Shown piece by piece: positions 26,004 through 41,760 of a stretch of 64,000 nt of DNA. Position 1 is the stretch's first letter, and every line of letters begins with the position of its first letter. Under the pieces are notes generated by a model that worked only from the letters and a program-made list of their open reading frames with translations, was not told the DNA's origin and searched no databases. The translations under genes were made by a program, and so were the position numbers. Source of the stretch: the human T2T-CHM13v2.0 reference genome, Homo sapiens; assembly GCF_009914755.1 (NCBI RefSeq), contig NC_060947.1, one strand, 5' to 3'.

Positions 26004-29000
26004 AAGGCAAAGTCAACACAAAACAGACCATGGCAGATAGTATTGGTGCAGGGAAGGATGTAAGAGATGGTAGGATGGAAAGATGCTGTTAGCAGGGAAA
26101 TGTCTTTAAAAAACAAATCCAGAAATAGTAATGCCACAGATCCACAAAGACTGAGTATCACTGAACTTTACATCACAGTTCAATTCAGAAAAAATCTAGC
26201 ATTTGCAGCGAAAGAGACCACGCACCACAGGTGCCCAATAAGCCCTTGTTTGCAATTTCTGAGGAATGTTACGTGCATTGATTTGATGGCAGTTTTCCCT
26301 GCTGACAATCAGTGTGCAACCTTTCTGTACATTCTCAGCCCAAAGAGTTCTCAAATTACTTAGTCATAACATGAAAGGAAGCTACATGTTTTAATAGCTA
26401 AGGCCCATTTACAATAAACACTTTGCACGATGTAATGGGTGCTTAATATGCTCATAAAGCTAACAGTGCCTGGATTTAGGATGGTCGCCCTCCTGTATTT
26501 CTCAGATAAACTCTTCATTTTTAAGAGTTTATAAAATGAAATATAAGCAAGAACAGCTTCATAAATGTTGCATTCAAGGCCATCGTTTAATTCTGGGGTT
26601 TTTGGATGACCAGTCCTAAAATGCCAGTAAATATTTCAAATGACCAAGAAGAAATGCAGTGCTAAGAGTTTTGGCACTACAGTAAACTGTCCAGTGTTTA
26701 AATTTTCCTGTGTATAACTTAAAATGGCTATGCTTAACCTAAGCAGATTTAAGCAAAACTTGATTTAGTATGTTATATAAATACAATATCAAATCAAAAA
26801 GTATATAGCCTCATTTAAAAGGTAAAGTATCTTAGAAAAAGTCTCAAACATGGACATTTCCTTGGCTATCAATAGGTCTATACTGTGATAAACATTATAG
26901 ATTTAAAATTCAACAAACTGAACATTGTCAGTGTGATTCTGGTCACATAGGCCAAATCCAGCCAAATGCCAAAATGACACTAGATTTAGAATGGAAAATT
27001 TTAAGATCACATGTGTCAAGCAGTATTAACCTGACAAAATTCCAGAAGAGGAAAGAATTTGGATAAACTCTTAAGAGTTCACCATAATGGGATGTGACTG
27101 TGTGTTTCTAGCCAAGATGATATGTGACAGTTCTGGCAATAAGAATATATCCTACACAGATGAATCATTTTGGCAATGATGTAAGCATAGATACATCATG
27201 ATTTAGAATGTTTTTAATCAGTGTTGTGCATACTAGACAATCCCACTTCTGCCAAAACCTCTGTCCAGATGAGTCATATCAGTTTATTTAGAGCTGAAAT
27301 CCTAAAAGGTCTACAGCGTTATAAATGTTCATCGACATTTTTTAGTTACTCTAATTTGGAGAAGAGTTTATTTGGTCTATACCCTTATCGTGCATAAAAT
27401 AATAACCCTTTCCAAATATATTGATATCAAGTAGTGAGTTACTTGAATTGCTACTTGTGAATATATGATGCTAATTATTTTAATCTGTGATGGAATTTCC
27501 TTTAAAGGATGAAGATTTACACCATTATTCTCCAGTTGGGTATGATTTTTAAAATTAGCATAGGTTTTCTGTGTGCAAGCTCTCCTTACAGGCTTAATGT
27601 TTCAACAGCTTTGCTGATCAGATACAAATCAGGAAAGGGATAGAATGTTAGATGATGTAGAAGGGAACCAAAAGAAAGTTTTCTCCCTTCTGCATCTGGA
27701 AGGTTTGTTGCTTCATGTACATCCTGTACAGCTAAAAAGGAGAATTGAAGTCGTAGTGAAAGAGTTCGGATATTAGTTTCTACATGCAATCTAGTTTATA
27801 AAGGTTGCTTTGCATTTATCAAGATACAAGAGCCCCAGAGATTTATGAGATAAAAAATACTCTTTAAGCCCTTTTTCAAATGTTTGGGATTTTGAGGTCA
27901 GATGTCAGATCCAGGGTGTTCTCTTCCTTTTGAATTATCCAACCAGGCCACTCAGATTCAAGGACGTGAAAGGAAGAAAGAATTAGTGGATTATTTCTAA
28001 TTTGCGGATTAGTGCTAGGAAAAGAATAATAGCAGGGAAGTTTGGCTTCTTTTAGCTGTGCATTTTAACATTATTCATATGTAGCAGAAACCAGAAGATT
28101 GGGTTCCATTCTCCAAGAATTTGCTCTCATATGATGCCACTTGAAATATAATGCAGTATATGGAGCTCATAAAAAGGGAAGGAAAAAAAATTCTCATGCA
28201 AAACATTTAGTTCCAACTGAAACATTGAAATTCTTATTTTTTCTCTAAACTTAAGCAAACCTGAAAGAATTTGCTTTCCTGATGAGTATTCTGATACATT
28301 TCAAAAGTCATGAGAAAATGAGGGAAAAATCAGTCAGATAATAATAAAATTTAAACCATATGAAATTGCAAATATCCAACCATTTTTGGCCTACAAACTT
28401 GGTACCATTATCTGGTCATTTTTGAGCTACAAAAATGGTAATTTTGTGTGGTTCAGCCTAACACATTATTGTAGAAATCCATTATTTGCAACAATATGAC
28501 AATTTTGCCTGATGGAGTAGAAGTATATTAGAATGCTATGGAAAGACTTTGCTTAGATATAAATCAGTAATAGGTTCAGCATGTTCTAGAGAAAACAACT
28601 GATTTATGAGGGTTTTGTTGTTCACATTTTTGTGTACATCTATTTTTTTAAAAGAGATCATTTATTTTACAGTATTTCCAAAGTTTGTCTCTCGAATATC
28701 GTTTTTTGTAATGGTCCATGGTCATTATGGGACTAATTTACAAGGAGATTATGTAATTTAGGCTTGTAATTCGTTCTTGCCCTTTTATTCTTATGCTCCA
28801 CCAATCATATTAGGGTGAGAGTAGGTGGAAATAAATAGGTTTAGGGGAATGGAACAAAACAAGTTTTATTGTTCTATTTTTAACCATAAAGTAAGACAGG
28901 AACAGGACTTGGGGGCACAAGTCCAGGAAAGCAGAACTCAGTCAGAGGAATACAAAGGGGCTTTGTCTTTGACCCAGGATTCCCAGATATCCCCTGGGTG

Positions 29001-29399
29001 GTCTGTCTACCCGGTCGTGCCCAGGGAATGAGGGAGTGACAGACCCTGTAAAGGTTGGGCAGCAAGAGGCAACATCAGGACACTGAACTAAACATAGACC
29101 CTGGGGAGAAATACCTAGTATCTACATTTGGACTAAACTCTCAGAAAGTCACAGCTGGGCAGTCTTGACCAGATGGATATACAGAAGCTCACAACCGAAA
29201 CAGGTTCACAGTTATTGTCAAGGAAACCCTGCATTTCACCAAGGCTACTTTATTACTCAAGAACCAAAATATAGACAGATGGAGCCCAACAGAGGGATTC
29301 TATAGCCCCTTCTCTACACTGATTGGTGTAGCAACACTAACATTATTTTGCCTCATCAGTAAAATAAATTTCACATCAGCCTACTATTCATCTTGTGTG

Positions 29400-29790
29400 T
29401 ATGTGTGTCTTTATAGCCTATGTGCATAATATATATTATATATCACATTAGCTGTATTATATATCATATGCAATATGATATGTAGTAAGCTCATGTTATG
29501 TATTTATATGTATACAATGTGTTTATAACATATATTATGTAATATATATTGCTTGAATATTTAAATAGAAGCTATTCTCTGTGTATACTATCTGGTATAT
29601 AGGAGTCCAACATTTTGTATGTAAATATATAAAATATATTTGAATAGGATATGCCATATATACATATGTTTATATATCACATTTGTATTCTATACGAAAA
29701 GAAATTAAGCAATGACCATAGCATATATTATGGGCCACATTTATACTTATACACACTGGTCTTATATAATGTACATACACACAATATCTA
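29400..29790. repeat. TA-rich low-complexity tract
   Basis: Degenerate (TA)/(TATG) runs. Confidence 0.7.
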
Positions 29791-32064
29791 AATACTTTAA
29801 ACAAGGAAGAGCTATAAGCAAATTCATTTCTAGGGCTCTCTTTTACAGCTATCTAGTGAAGAAAAATCATTCCTAAGACTAAAACCCAATGCTCTGGTTA
29901 GAATTTTCAAAATGTGACAAGTCTCTAGTACAAAGAATAAGATGTGTGTGTTCCCCCTGATGTGAGCATCTGTCTTTACTTAAACAGAGTACACCTTTAT
30001 TCTTACTCTTAACTCTGAGACAAAACAGGCTGCAATAAACCAAACAATTCAGCTTGTAAAGTAAATGTTTATAACTGGCAAAGTGTAAATGTAACCCAAT
30101 TAATAAACTTCTCCCTGAAAATAGATGTTACTCAACCCAGACATATATACACTTTAAATTTCTTCTCAAAAACACAAAAATCATGAATTTATGTGGATGA
30201 CATTGAAAAACAGGCATCTTATAAACATGAGCTACTTAGTGAAGCTTTTCTAAGAATAAAATAGGCTTTAAGCAGATTTTGCTTATGGATTATAGTCTCT
30301 GAATTTTTGAGACGAATGTAGTAATTTTATTTCCATATATGAAATTTGGCACTGCCCAGGCATGCTATAAACAGCTTCATTGACTCATGATATTAAATGT
30401 TTTCACACTGAAACTGAAAGATCATCCATCAATCAGCAAGCCATCCCATTTCCTCCTTCTTAGCCATTCCTTACTTTGAGGAACTCAGGATGAGGAAATC
30501 CTGCTAGTGTGGAGAGGTTTAAAATGTGAGTAGCACCCAGCGGCATCTCTCAGCTGCTGTGTTGTGGCTATGTATACTGGGACAGGCGCGAAAATCTGGG
30601 ACTGAAGAAAAATCTGACTTACAAAATCCAGAAGTATTATACAAAGTAGATCAATTTGCCTACGATTATTCATTGAAAACCAAACAACAACAAAAAAATC
30701 ACCCAGACTGTCTCCAATAGCAAAACCACTAAATACATTTAAAATATTATTCACTTTATGAGCAACTTTCCAGAAGTATATCTACTGGGTAAAGAAAGGT
30801 TAACTCTCAACTATTTGTTAGTAGATTCTGTCTTACCGGATTATAAACAACCCCGAAGGCTTTGGTCAGGCCCCAGAAAGTTCTGGGTGACAGAATTAAT
30901 CTCTGAGGGTGCTTGATAGTCACCCTCAGTGATGGGAGGATTAGCCAGTTGAATTTTTTTTTCCGCCATTAGTGTTATTTATCATGTGTGCTTCTTTTTC
31001 CCTTCATTTGCTCCAAAGTCTGAGAGTTAACAACACATTCAGATATAAAAATTCTTTTGAGAATAAGAAAAATTATTAGCCTAAATTCTTTAGTATTTTA
31101 TTTTATTAGATGACAACCCCAAAGTGTACTGCAAATAAAATTAATAAAAGCAGTTTTCTTTTTAAAATCACACTCCCGGCCCAAATTTTGCCTCAACATT
31201 AGTGAAGAGCCCTGCTGGCCTGACAAAAACCTCGAGCTGCCTCAGAGTATTCACTCACGAATAATTAGAACTTGGCGCTCCCTTCAATCTCTCTCTCTCT
31301 CTTTCTCTTTATGTGTGTGTGTATGTGTTTTTACATACTGATATGCATTTGTTCTTATGCATGTAACAATACAGACATGCAGGGTAACAAAAATAGAAAC
31401 AAACATCTTGAATATGCTTTTAAAGGACAAGAGAATGCTTTAGAAGCATTTTTATCTTCAAAATCTGATAGAATCAGTATGTGTTTAACAGTTCCCGTTG
31501 GCAACTCCTCAGTCCTGCACTGTGACTGTAAAAGAAGGAATCCCCTGGGATGTTGTATCATCCAGGGTAATCCTTGGAATGTGAGGATGTCAGGATGTGG
31601 AGGTTCCTGATATCCTCACTGTGATATATAGTCTTTTTACCCCAAGGTCTCAGGCTGCGACCTGGCCCTCAAATGATGAGTCATGACTCCCAATAACACC
31701 ACAGGGTCCCTACTGACCAAAATCAAAATCTGTATTTAGGTAGCTCTGCCCTGGCCCCACCCCATGAGTTCTGTCACCAGGGAGTCCTTGTGAACAGACT
31801 TGGGACTTTGGAGATGGGAAATTGTTATTTGCCAAAGTCATGCTTTGTGCCAATGACATAGGCCCACTGGTCAGATTTAACAGAGAAGCTTATAGAACTC
31901 CTACTTTGTAGAGAAGTTTTTAAAACTAGAGTGCAAAGCAAACAGCAGTACTTTTGCTTTTAAAACACCTTTTTAAAAAGTAGGAAACAACAGTCAGACC
32001 TCTGAAAAGTATCTTCAGTCCACATGCAATATCTGTTTGCCTACGTCTGTAAGATTTGGCGTCA

Positions 32065-32475
<411 letters not shown>

Positions 32476-35310
32476 CTACCAAAATCTATCTTCTCTGCCT
32501 CTCCTTGACTCCAGGTGGCCCAGTTTCTGGAGTGCTAGTAAAAGATAAGGTCAGACCTGACTGAAGGAAAAACTGAAGAAATTCGTCTCTGTGAAATTCT
32601 CCTACCTGCCATTTCCTCTTTATTCCATTCCCATGTCCATTCTCTGTCCCATTCCCCAGACCTAAGGGAAGCTGCTTCAGTAGACCACTGTCCCAGAGGA
32701 GTTTACATTTAAAAGGATACCCTTGAAAGTTCCAAGGGGAACTCGGATATAATTCCGGCATTCTGGAGGGCAGGATGGTCCTCGTGTCCTAGGGCTTTTG
32801 GAATGTGTCTCCCCTTGAATCCAGGCCAGAACACAAGAGTCCTCACCGATGGCCTTTCCTATAGGATAACAGGCCGACCTCTTCAGCAAAAATACCCAGC
32901 TATGAGCCAGGACAGCTGCCAGCCAGGCACTCCAGGCTGTTAATCCTTAAGAGGTGACCACAGCTATGTTAGCACTTGTCCCTCCCTTGACTGACAAACC
33001 TTCAGGAAGGAGGCCCAGTTATGGTATCAGCAATTGTCCCAGAAATCCAAAGGGCTCTTGTAAGATGCTGTAGAACTCCAGTTTGGGGATTCGGGTGTAG
33101 CAATCTGCTCGAGAGGTGTGGCTTGAGAAAGGAATCTGACCTATCAGGAATGGTGGTCGGGGCCTTTGGAGGCAAAGTCAGGCACAACTAGCAACAAATG
33201 CTGAGTGATCGGTTAGAACAAATTCTTTCTCAGGGCCTCTTCTGATTTCTGTGAGTGGCTGCATGTACACACCTGTAGCAAGAAGGAAGAACTAAGGAAA
33301 GGCATCGTTTCCAAAAGCCCCTCAGAAGAAAATTAGAATTCTCTTTGGAGCTGCCCCCAAACCAAGAACATATGCAAAAAGAGCCAGGACTCAAAATAAA
33401 AGATCAAACTATAGAAGGACAAGGCATTTAAAATGCAGCAACAGAACTCAAGAGAGAAGCTAACAGCCTACTTCCACCTTTCCTTGATTTTGATTACTTT
33501 CATTCTTGACCCTGGAGCCTCAGTCTTGTCACCTAATATCTCTGTTAATTCAAATTCCTTTTCTCAATTAGCTTCTAAGATTATTCAACAGCAAGGTATG
33601 AAATTGATTCTTATTGTATTTTCCAAAAATCAGGGTCAGATAATGTCATTATAAAACATCACACTGATTTTTAAAAGAACTGCAAAACAGATTTAAGTTC
33701 TATTATATGACTAATTCTAATTCCGCTATATGCTTTATTTTCTTGCCATATTTAATAACTCAGTACTAAAACCCTGTTTAAATTTTTTGTTTCTGGCAAG
33801 TAAATATCATTAAAAAATTATTTGCCATTTATAGTGATCCCCTGAAGTGTGCTTTGCCCACCAAAGCTTACTTGCTCTACATGGCCCCAGGAAAAAAAAA
33901 AAAAAAACAAAAAAAACAATATTATTTCTTCAGGGACAGTGCCTCAGAAGTATTCTCTTTTTACCCTCATTGTCAAGAGAATGGTTACTTAATTAAAGGT
34001 CAGTGGGTCCATCTTGAAAATATACTAGAAACAGATTTAATCATGTTCCCTCTCCAGACTAGATGTTAATACCTAAGCATAATTAACAACAGGATGCCAG
34101 TCAATGAGTGTACTTTTTACTTCATATCTGGGGAGTTTAGGTGCCTTCAATTTAATAGGGGCCTCGGTGCTAGTTAACAAATTGACAGTCTTGACCTGAC
34201 TTCTAAAAGTGGCTGTAAAACGATGCCTAGTCAATTAAGATAAATGCCAAATTCCTCTGAGGAAACAGGCCTAAATCATTACTTTGAAATGGGCATTTCA
34301 GGTATGAGGCCAGGACTTCACAATAAGGATATAAATACTAGCTTGGGCATGAGGGAAGATGTACACCTAGCTATTGTACACACAAGATAACAGTGACTCA
34401 CTTTATTCAGCATTATGCTTGGCTGGAGATTTTAAATTCCTTTTTAAATACAAGACTATTGTACCACAGGGTAAAGATTTTATTATCCTCAATAATGGGA
34501 TTGAATATGCCAAGGCGATGGAAGCAGGAAATTAGATCTGCTGATCCCCATTGCCAAGACAGGAGTTATCGAAATCCACAACGGGTCACTTTGGTGAGCC
34601 TTCCAATGTTGCAGTGGCCTGGAAACACAGGGACTCGAAGTAGGGAAATGTCTGGCTCCAACTACGAGAGGTGGTAGAAGTCATGCTAGATCAGGTTCCA
34701 GGCAGCAGAATGGAGTTTAGAACATGAGCATTTACTGTACCTCTGCTATTTCAGTATTGCTGAAATACTAAACCAGGAGGCGAAGGCACTAAGCAGTTAC
34801 GCAGCGGGGTTACTGATCTGGCTCTTTCCCACAGATGCCACTATCAAATAGCGCGGAGAAGCTAGCAGAGTCGCTGCTGACGTATTATATCACTGCTTGA
34901 TAAGTCATGTATGAATAACCAAATTGGTCAAACAGATCCCTGAAGACAAATTGCAAGTCATAAACCTTCAACCTGAATCCTAATTTTTATCAATAACCAG
35001 GAGAGTTCATATTTATCTTATTTTTTCTGTATTTTCTTCACTGAAACTTCTTCACTCCTACTTATTTTGCTTCCCTCTTTCTAAGATTTATTGCTTCCTG
35101 CCCTGATATTTGGGGAGGGAAAACAGAGGGGGCTGTGATTTAGTTTCCTGTCAAGACTCAAATGAAATACACTGCCTCTTTATCACTAAAACCCTCTAGT
35201 TGGCAAATTTTAAATGAGGTGACAGGACATTAACTCAGAACCCTCTGCCCACTATCTTCCTCTGCACTGACCCCTAGCCAGACTTGTGGGGACGGAAAGC
35301 AAAATGATGA

Positions 35311-35771
<461 letters not shown>

Positions 35772-36052
35772 CTACTCAGCTTTCTATAGGCAAAAGTTCA
35801 TCTAAGTGCTGTTTGTTTGGTGGAACACTCCAAAGAAGAGAACTTTCTTAAGCCAGAGGGAATATGAAGATCTTTGCTTCTCTAGCTGCCCTTTCGTTAT
35901 CCATTAACATTTACGATTCATAAAAACATGGGTCTATCTCCGCATAGGAGAAATCATTGGCATTTACATACCCGTCACCACTAGGGTTGATTACGTTTCC
36001 TTTGACCCAGTAGTCCCTCATAATCAAGTTGATTTCCCTCTTAAGAGATTAG

Positions 36053-37747
<1,695 letters not shown>

Positions 37748-37864
37748 TAATGTCTGCTTGGCATATTTTCACCTTAGGTCTTATCAAGACCAAAGAGATT
37801 ATGTTAATGAAACAATTAAATTCAAAGTTCTTCCCTTTTTTAAAGATAGGAAACAGGCATTGCC

Positions 37865-37886
37865 AAAAAAAAAAAAAAAAAAAAAA
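37865..37886 (+). repeat. A22 homopolymer in the proximal 3'UTR
   Basis: Directly visible. Confidence 0.97.
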
Positions 37887-37958
37887 GGAAAGGACAGTGG
37901 GGAGAAATGGGCCTGGCATATTTTCAGTCTTTAAAACAAAGGAGTTGTTATGAGAATT

Positions 37959-37970
37959 CACACACACATA

Positions 37971-38013
<43 letters not shown>
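37959..38013 (+). repeat. Interrupted (CA)n in the proximal 3'UTR
   Basis: Directly visible. Confidence 0.97.
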
Positions 38014-38016
<3 letters not shown>

Positions 38017-39081
38017 GGGAGACCTATAGTCTCTTAAACTAAGATCAAGTAGAAGAAAGCTTATTAACAAGCAGGATCCTGCCTTATCCAAACTGCAGAT
38101 GTTGCTGGCATTGTGACAAAACCCACTGATTGAAAGGTCAACTGCCAAGGCAGAAACACCTTTAAGCATTGTTCAAACAATAAGGCTTCCAGAACTTCTG
38201 TAGAGCAGTAGCTCCAGTCATGGTCTGTGGTTTGAGGTTTTAGCTGTCTCACCTAGCTCCCTAACACTGAAGGAGATACTTGTGAAAGTTCTGACCAGCA
38301 AAAGCAAGCCAGAGCCTTGGAAACTGATATGTGGTAGAGTGGCCATCACTCATGGACTAAAATTGATTCACCGCTAAATTTACCCAGGTGAAGCAGTTTC
38401 GTTGTCTAGAATGAAATTATCATATTCCGCCATTGGTATGCCTTTAACATTTGTATAGTTTGGTTTGCTTAAAACACCTTAAAACCAATGACAGCTCCAG
38501 CACTGCAGAATTGGTGTGATTCTACTTTGGAATAGCTTGTCACTTGTCACCAAATGGGTCTGCTTTATTAGTTACAGCTCTTGGCAGGAGGATCCAGGGA
38601 CCCAAAACCACAGGGCCAAACCCAAATACCTGGCATGATGGAGCAAAAGCAGGTGTCTACTTGGACCCAGATATAGTGTCTCCATTTTAACAACAACAAC
38701 AAAATAGCCAGCTGGTACAGCTGTTTGCATTGGCCCTACATGCATTTTTTGCATGGATATCCAGAAACATCTGCCCACACAAAACTGCGGGGAAAAAAAA
38801 TGAACACTGAAATAGTTATTTGCTGTTGCTTCCAACTTGTAGTGCCAGTCTGCCTTTGCTGTGAAACACACCTGCTCAGAGACAGAGAGGGGAAGAAGAT
38901 CTTTGGTAAGTCTAAGTCCTGACGCTGAGAAGCTTTGTAAAAGTGCAGGGAGATAAAGGGCCAAAAGGGAGATAGATGGAAAACACTGGAAAAAGTATTC
39001 ACTGATACAAATCTATCAATGATGGCAGTCCAATTCTCTTGCTAAAGTGGCTGCACCTCACCTTGCTGGTCCCCCCCACAC

Positions 39082-39327
39082 CTTTTTTGATGTCCTTCTG
39101 CGTCATCATAGCAAGGCCCTTCTGTAAATTAACAAGCCTAGATATTTATACTCTTGACTTCCAGTATCTACAGAAGAATGGTTCATAGATCTAAACAGAA
39201 ATGGTTTAGATCTAAAAAGGCTGTATACGTTGCCCAGGCCCCTGCATTTCTTTAAATTTATAAAAATGAAGCTAAAACCTGGTTACATTTGAAGCAAATA
39301 TCTACAGTATTTTTCCCTTTTAGAGAT
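39082..39327 (+). repeat. Dispersed duplicated 3'UTR element, copy A
   Basis: Colinear with 47165-47406, sharing identical blocks of 22, 16 and 20 nt. Confidence 0.92.
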
Positions 39328-41494
39328 GTAGCTTCCTTAGACATCTGTAGTGGTAAGCATTTCCCAAAAGCATCTTACCTTTCTGAACCTTAGCAGACAT
39401 ACTGTGCAGCTTACCTATCTTCTGCAGAGGAGGAAACTGAGACCTAGGAGAATAAAGTGACTCACTCAGGTCACACCACTAAAGGGTTTTCATCATTTCA
39501 GCATACCTAAGACAGGGCAGTCCAATTTTCAGTATTCTCATAAGATGGCTATTACTCCTCTCAAAATGCATTTCCAAAGTAGGAACATAGGACTTCGTTG
39601 GCCACAGGGCAGACATTTTTTTAGTGTCTGGAATTAAAATGTTTGAGGTTTAGGTTTGCCATTGTCTTTCCAAAAGGCCAAATAATTCAGATGTAACCAC
39701 ACCAAGTGCAAACCTGTGCTTTCTATTTCACGTACTGTTGTCCATACAGTTCTAAATACATGTGCAGGGGATTGTAGCTAATGCATTACACAGTCGTTCA
39801 GTCTTCTCTGCAGACACACTAAGTGATCATACCAACGTGTTATACACTCAACTAGAAGATAATAAGCTTTAATCTGAGGGCAAGTACAGTCCTGACAAAA
39901 GGGCAAGTTTGCATAATAGATCTTCGATCAATTCTCTCTCCAAGGGGCCCGCAACTAGGCTATTATTCATAAAACACAACTGAAGAGGGGATTGGTTTTA
40001 CTGTTAAATCATGTGTTGCTAAATCATTTTCTGAACAGTGTGTTCTAAATCAGTCATTGATTTAGTGTCAGCCACGTGGAGCACCTCGGCTTAAAGCAGC
40101 TCCACAAAACCTGACACAACACACACACCAATTAAATGGATTTTGTTGAGAATTTAATCATTCAATTTGGTCAACCAGAATGACTTCCTGTGGAACTCTG
40201 TTTTATGACAGATAATAGTTTTCCAACTTGATTGAGTCTCTGTATACCCTGGGATATTGTATTTTTTAATGAAGGGCATTTTCAAACTTGTCAACTTCTC
40301 TTTTCAGCACTTGAAATGAAGGCTTATGGAATTCTGACTGTGAAATGAATTTTTCTATTGGGAGATTATGCATGCCAAGATTTATTATTTATTGTTAGAT
40401 AATTATTATTTATTTGTTAATACTGATTATTGATTATTGCTCTGCTGCATTGGTTTAGCCCCGCTATGGAGAAGACACTTTAGAAGTAACTCAGAATCAC
40501 ATCCCCATAAAATCTAAGTCTTTACTTCATCAAGTTTTACTTTTTGAATTGCTATAAAGACGGAAAAATTGATCCCTGCAAACACTTGAAGAAGCTGTGT
40601 TTTTTTTCTTTCAATTAATTCCAACCAAGACATTAACGTCCACTTTACCAAAGAAACTTACTTGGTTGGTTTTTAGTTGGTGTTTGTTGTTTGTTTACCA
40701 AAGAAAATATTCGATTCATCAAAAATATTGCTCCTGGTCAACTAAAAAACTGTGATACTGGGACTTTTTTGGCCATTCATAAGGAAAATTTTTAAAAGTC
40801 AAGGTAAGGGTGATATTCTCTCATTTAGTGGAAGAAGAAGATGTCAATTCACAGGGAATGTGGTGTTCGCAAGAAAGAAAATGATACTTGAAATAGGGCA
40901 TTATTGTTTAGCCTACAGCAACATTTCAACAAGCAGCATCAGGGCTCCTCAGGTTAAAAGAAGTACAGTTTGTTTCAGAGAAAAAGGAAGACAAACCCTC
41001 GTGAAATGTTTCTCCATTGTTCCAGCTCATAAGTTTTACTTTGTTTTGGGTTTTGGAGTTTTTAGTTTCTTTGATGTTTGTTTTGCTTTAATTTGGTTTG
41101 TGGTTTGTGTTTGCTTGTGTTTGCTTCTGCCTTTCCTACCTTCTGCCTTTTACTCCCTCAGTTTTCAGTCAGAAGTGTGATAATCAGATGCCATCCTCCA
41201 TGGCCACGCTTATGTATGCAATATACCGCTCCAAATGAGGACCTTGGTAACCCTTGACCCTTTAATTCTAACTAACCATCACCCAATCGTAAGTGGCATT
41301 ATGGGACCATGATACCACTTTTCTCCAGTGTCAATGACAGAGCTCAGCTGTGTCCATCACAAGAAAAGGTGGAATGGGCAGCTGTCTTGGGGGTGTGGCA
41401 AGAGGCAGAACCTCTTGGACACAAATGTTATCTTCCTCATAATGGCTTTATTCTTTTGGATCCTATTAAAGTACCCCTGTAGCTTATAGTAGTG

Positions 41495-41760
41495 TTTGAC
41501 CTCTGTGACTCTGTTTTCTCATCTGTAAAATGGGGATAATATCAGTAAATGTCTTTAAATTCAGCAAATACTTATCGAGTGCCAAATATCGCCCAGATAC
41601 TGTTCGAGAGGCTGGGGACACAACAGTCAACAAATCAGATTTTTTAAAATCTGCTCTTGTAGAGTCTACCTTTGAGTGACATTGCAGGTATATTGTGGGG
41701 ATTGAATGAGATGAGAGATGACATTTGGAAAGCACTCTTGGAAAGGCCTGGCAAAGAAAA
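41495..41760. mobile_element. MIR interrupted by an L2 fragment
   Basis: MIR ctctgttttctcatctgtaaaatggggataat ... ttgtggggattgaatgagatg flanks an L2-type ttcagcaaatacttatcgagtgcc segment. Confidence 0.65.

Noticed and set aside
30903-30929. 9-bp hairpin CTGAGGGTG/CACCCTCAG
   Set aside because: Several stems this short are expected by chance in 64 kb.
39160-39235. SECIS interpretation of the UTR hairpin (the gene ends in TGA)
   Set aside because: No AUGA/GA quartet, and the TGA is followed directly by TAA.
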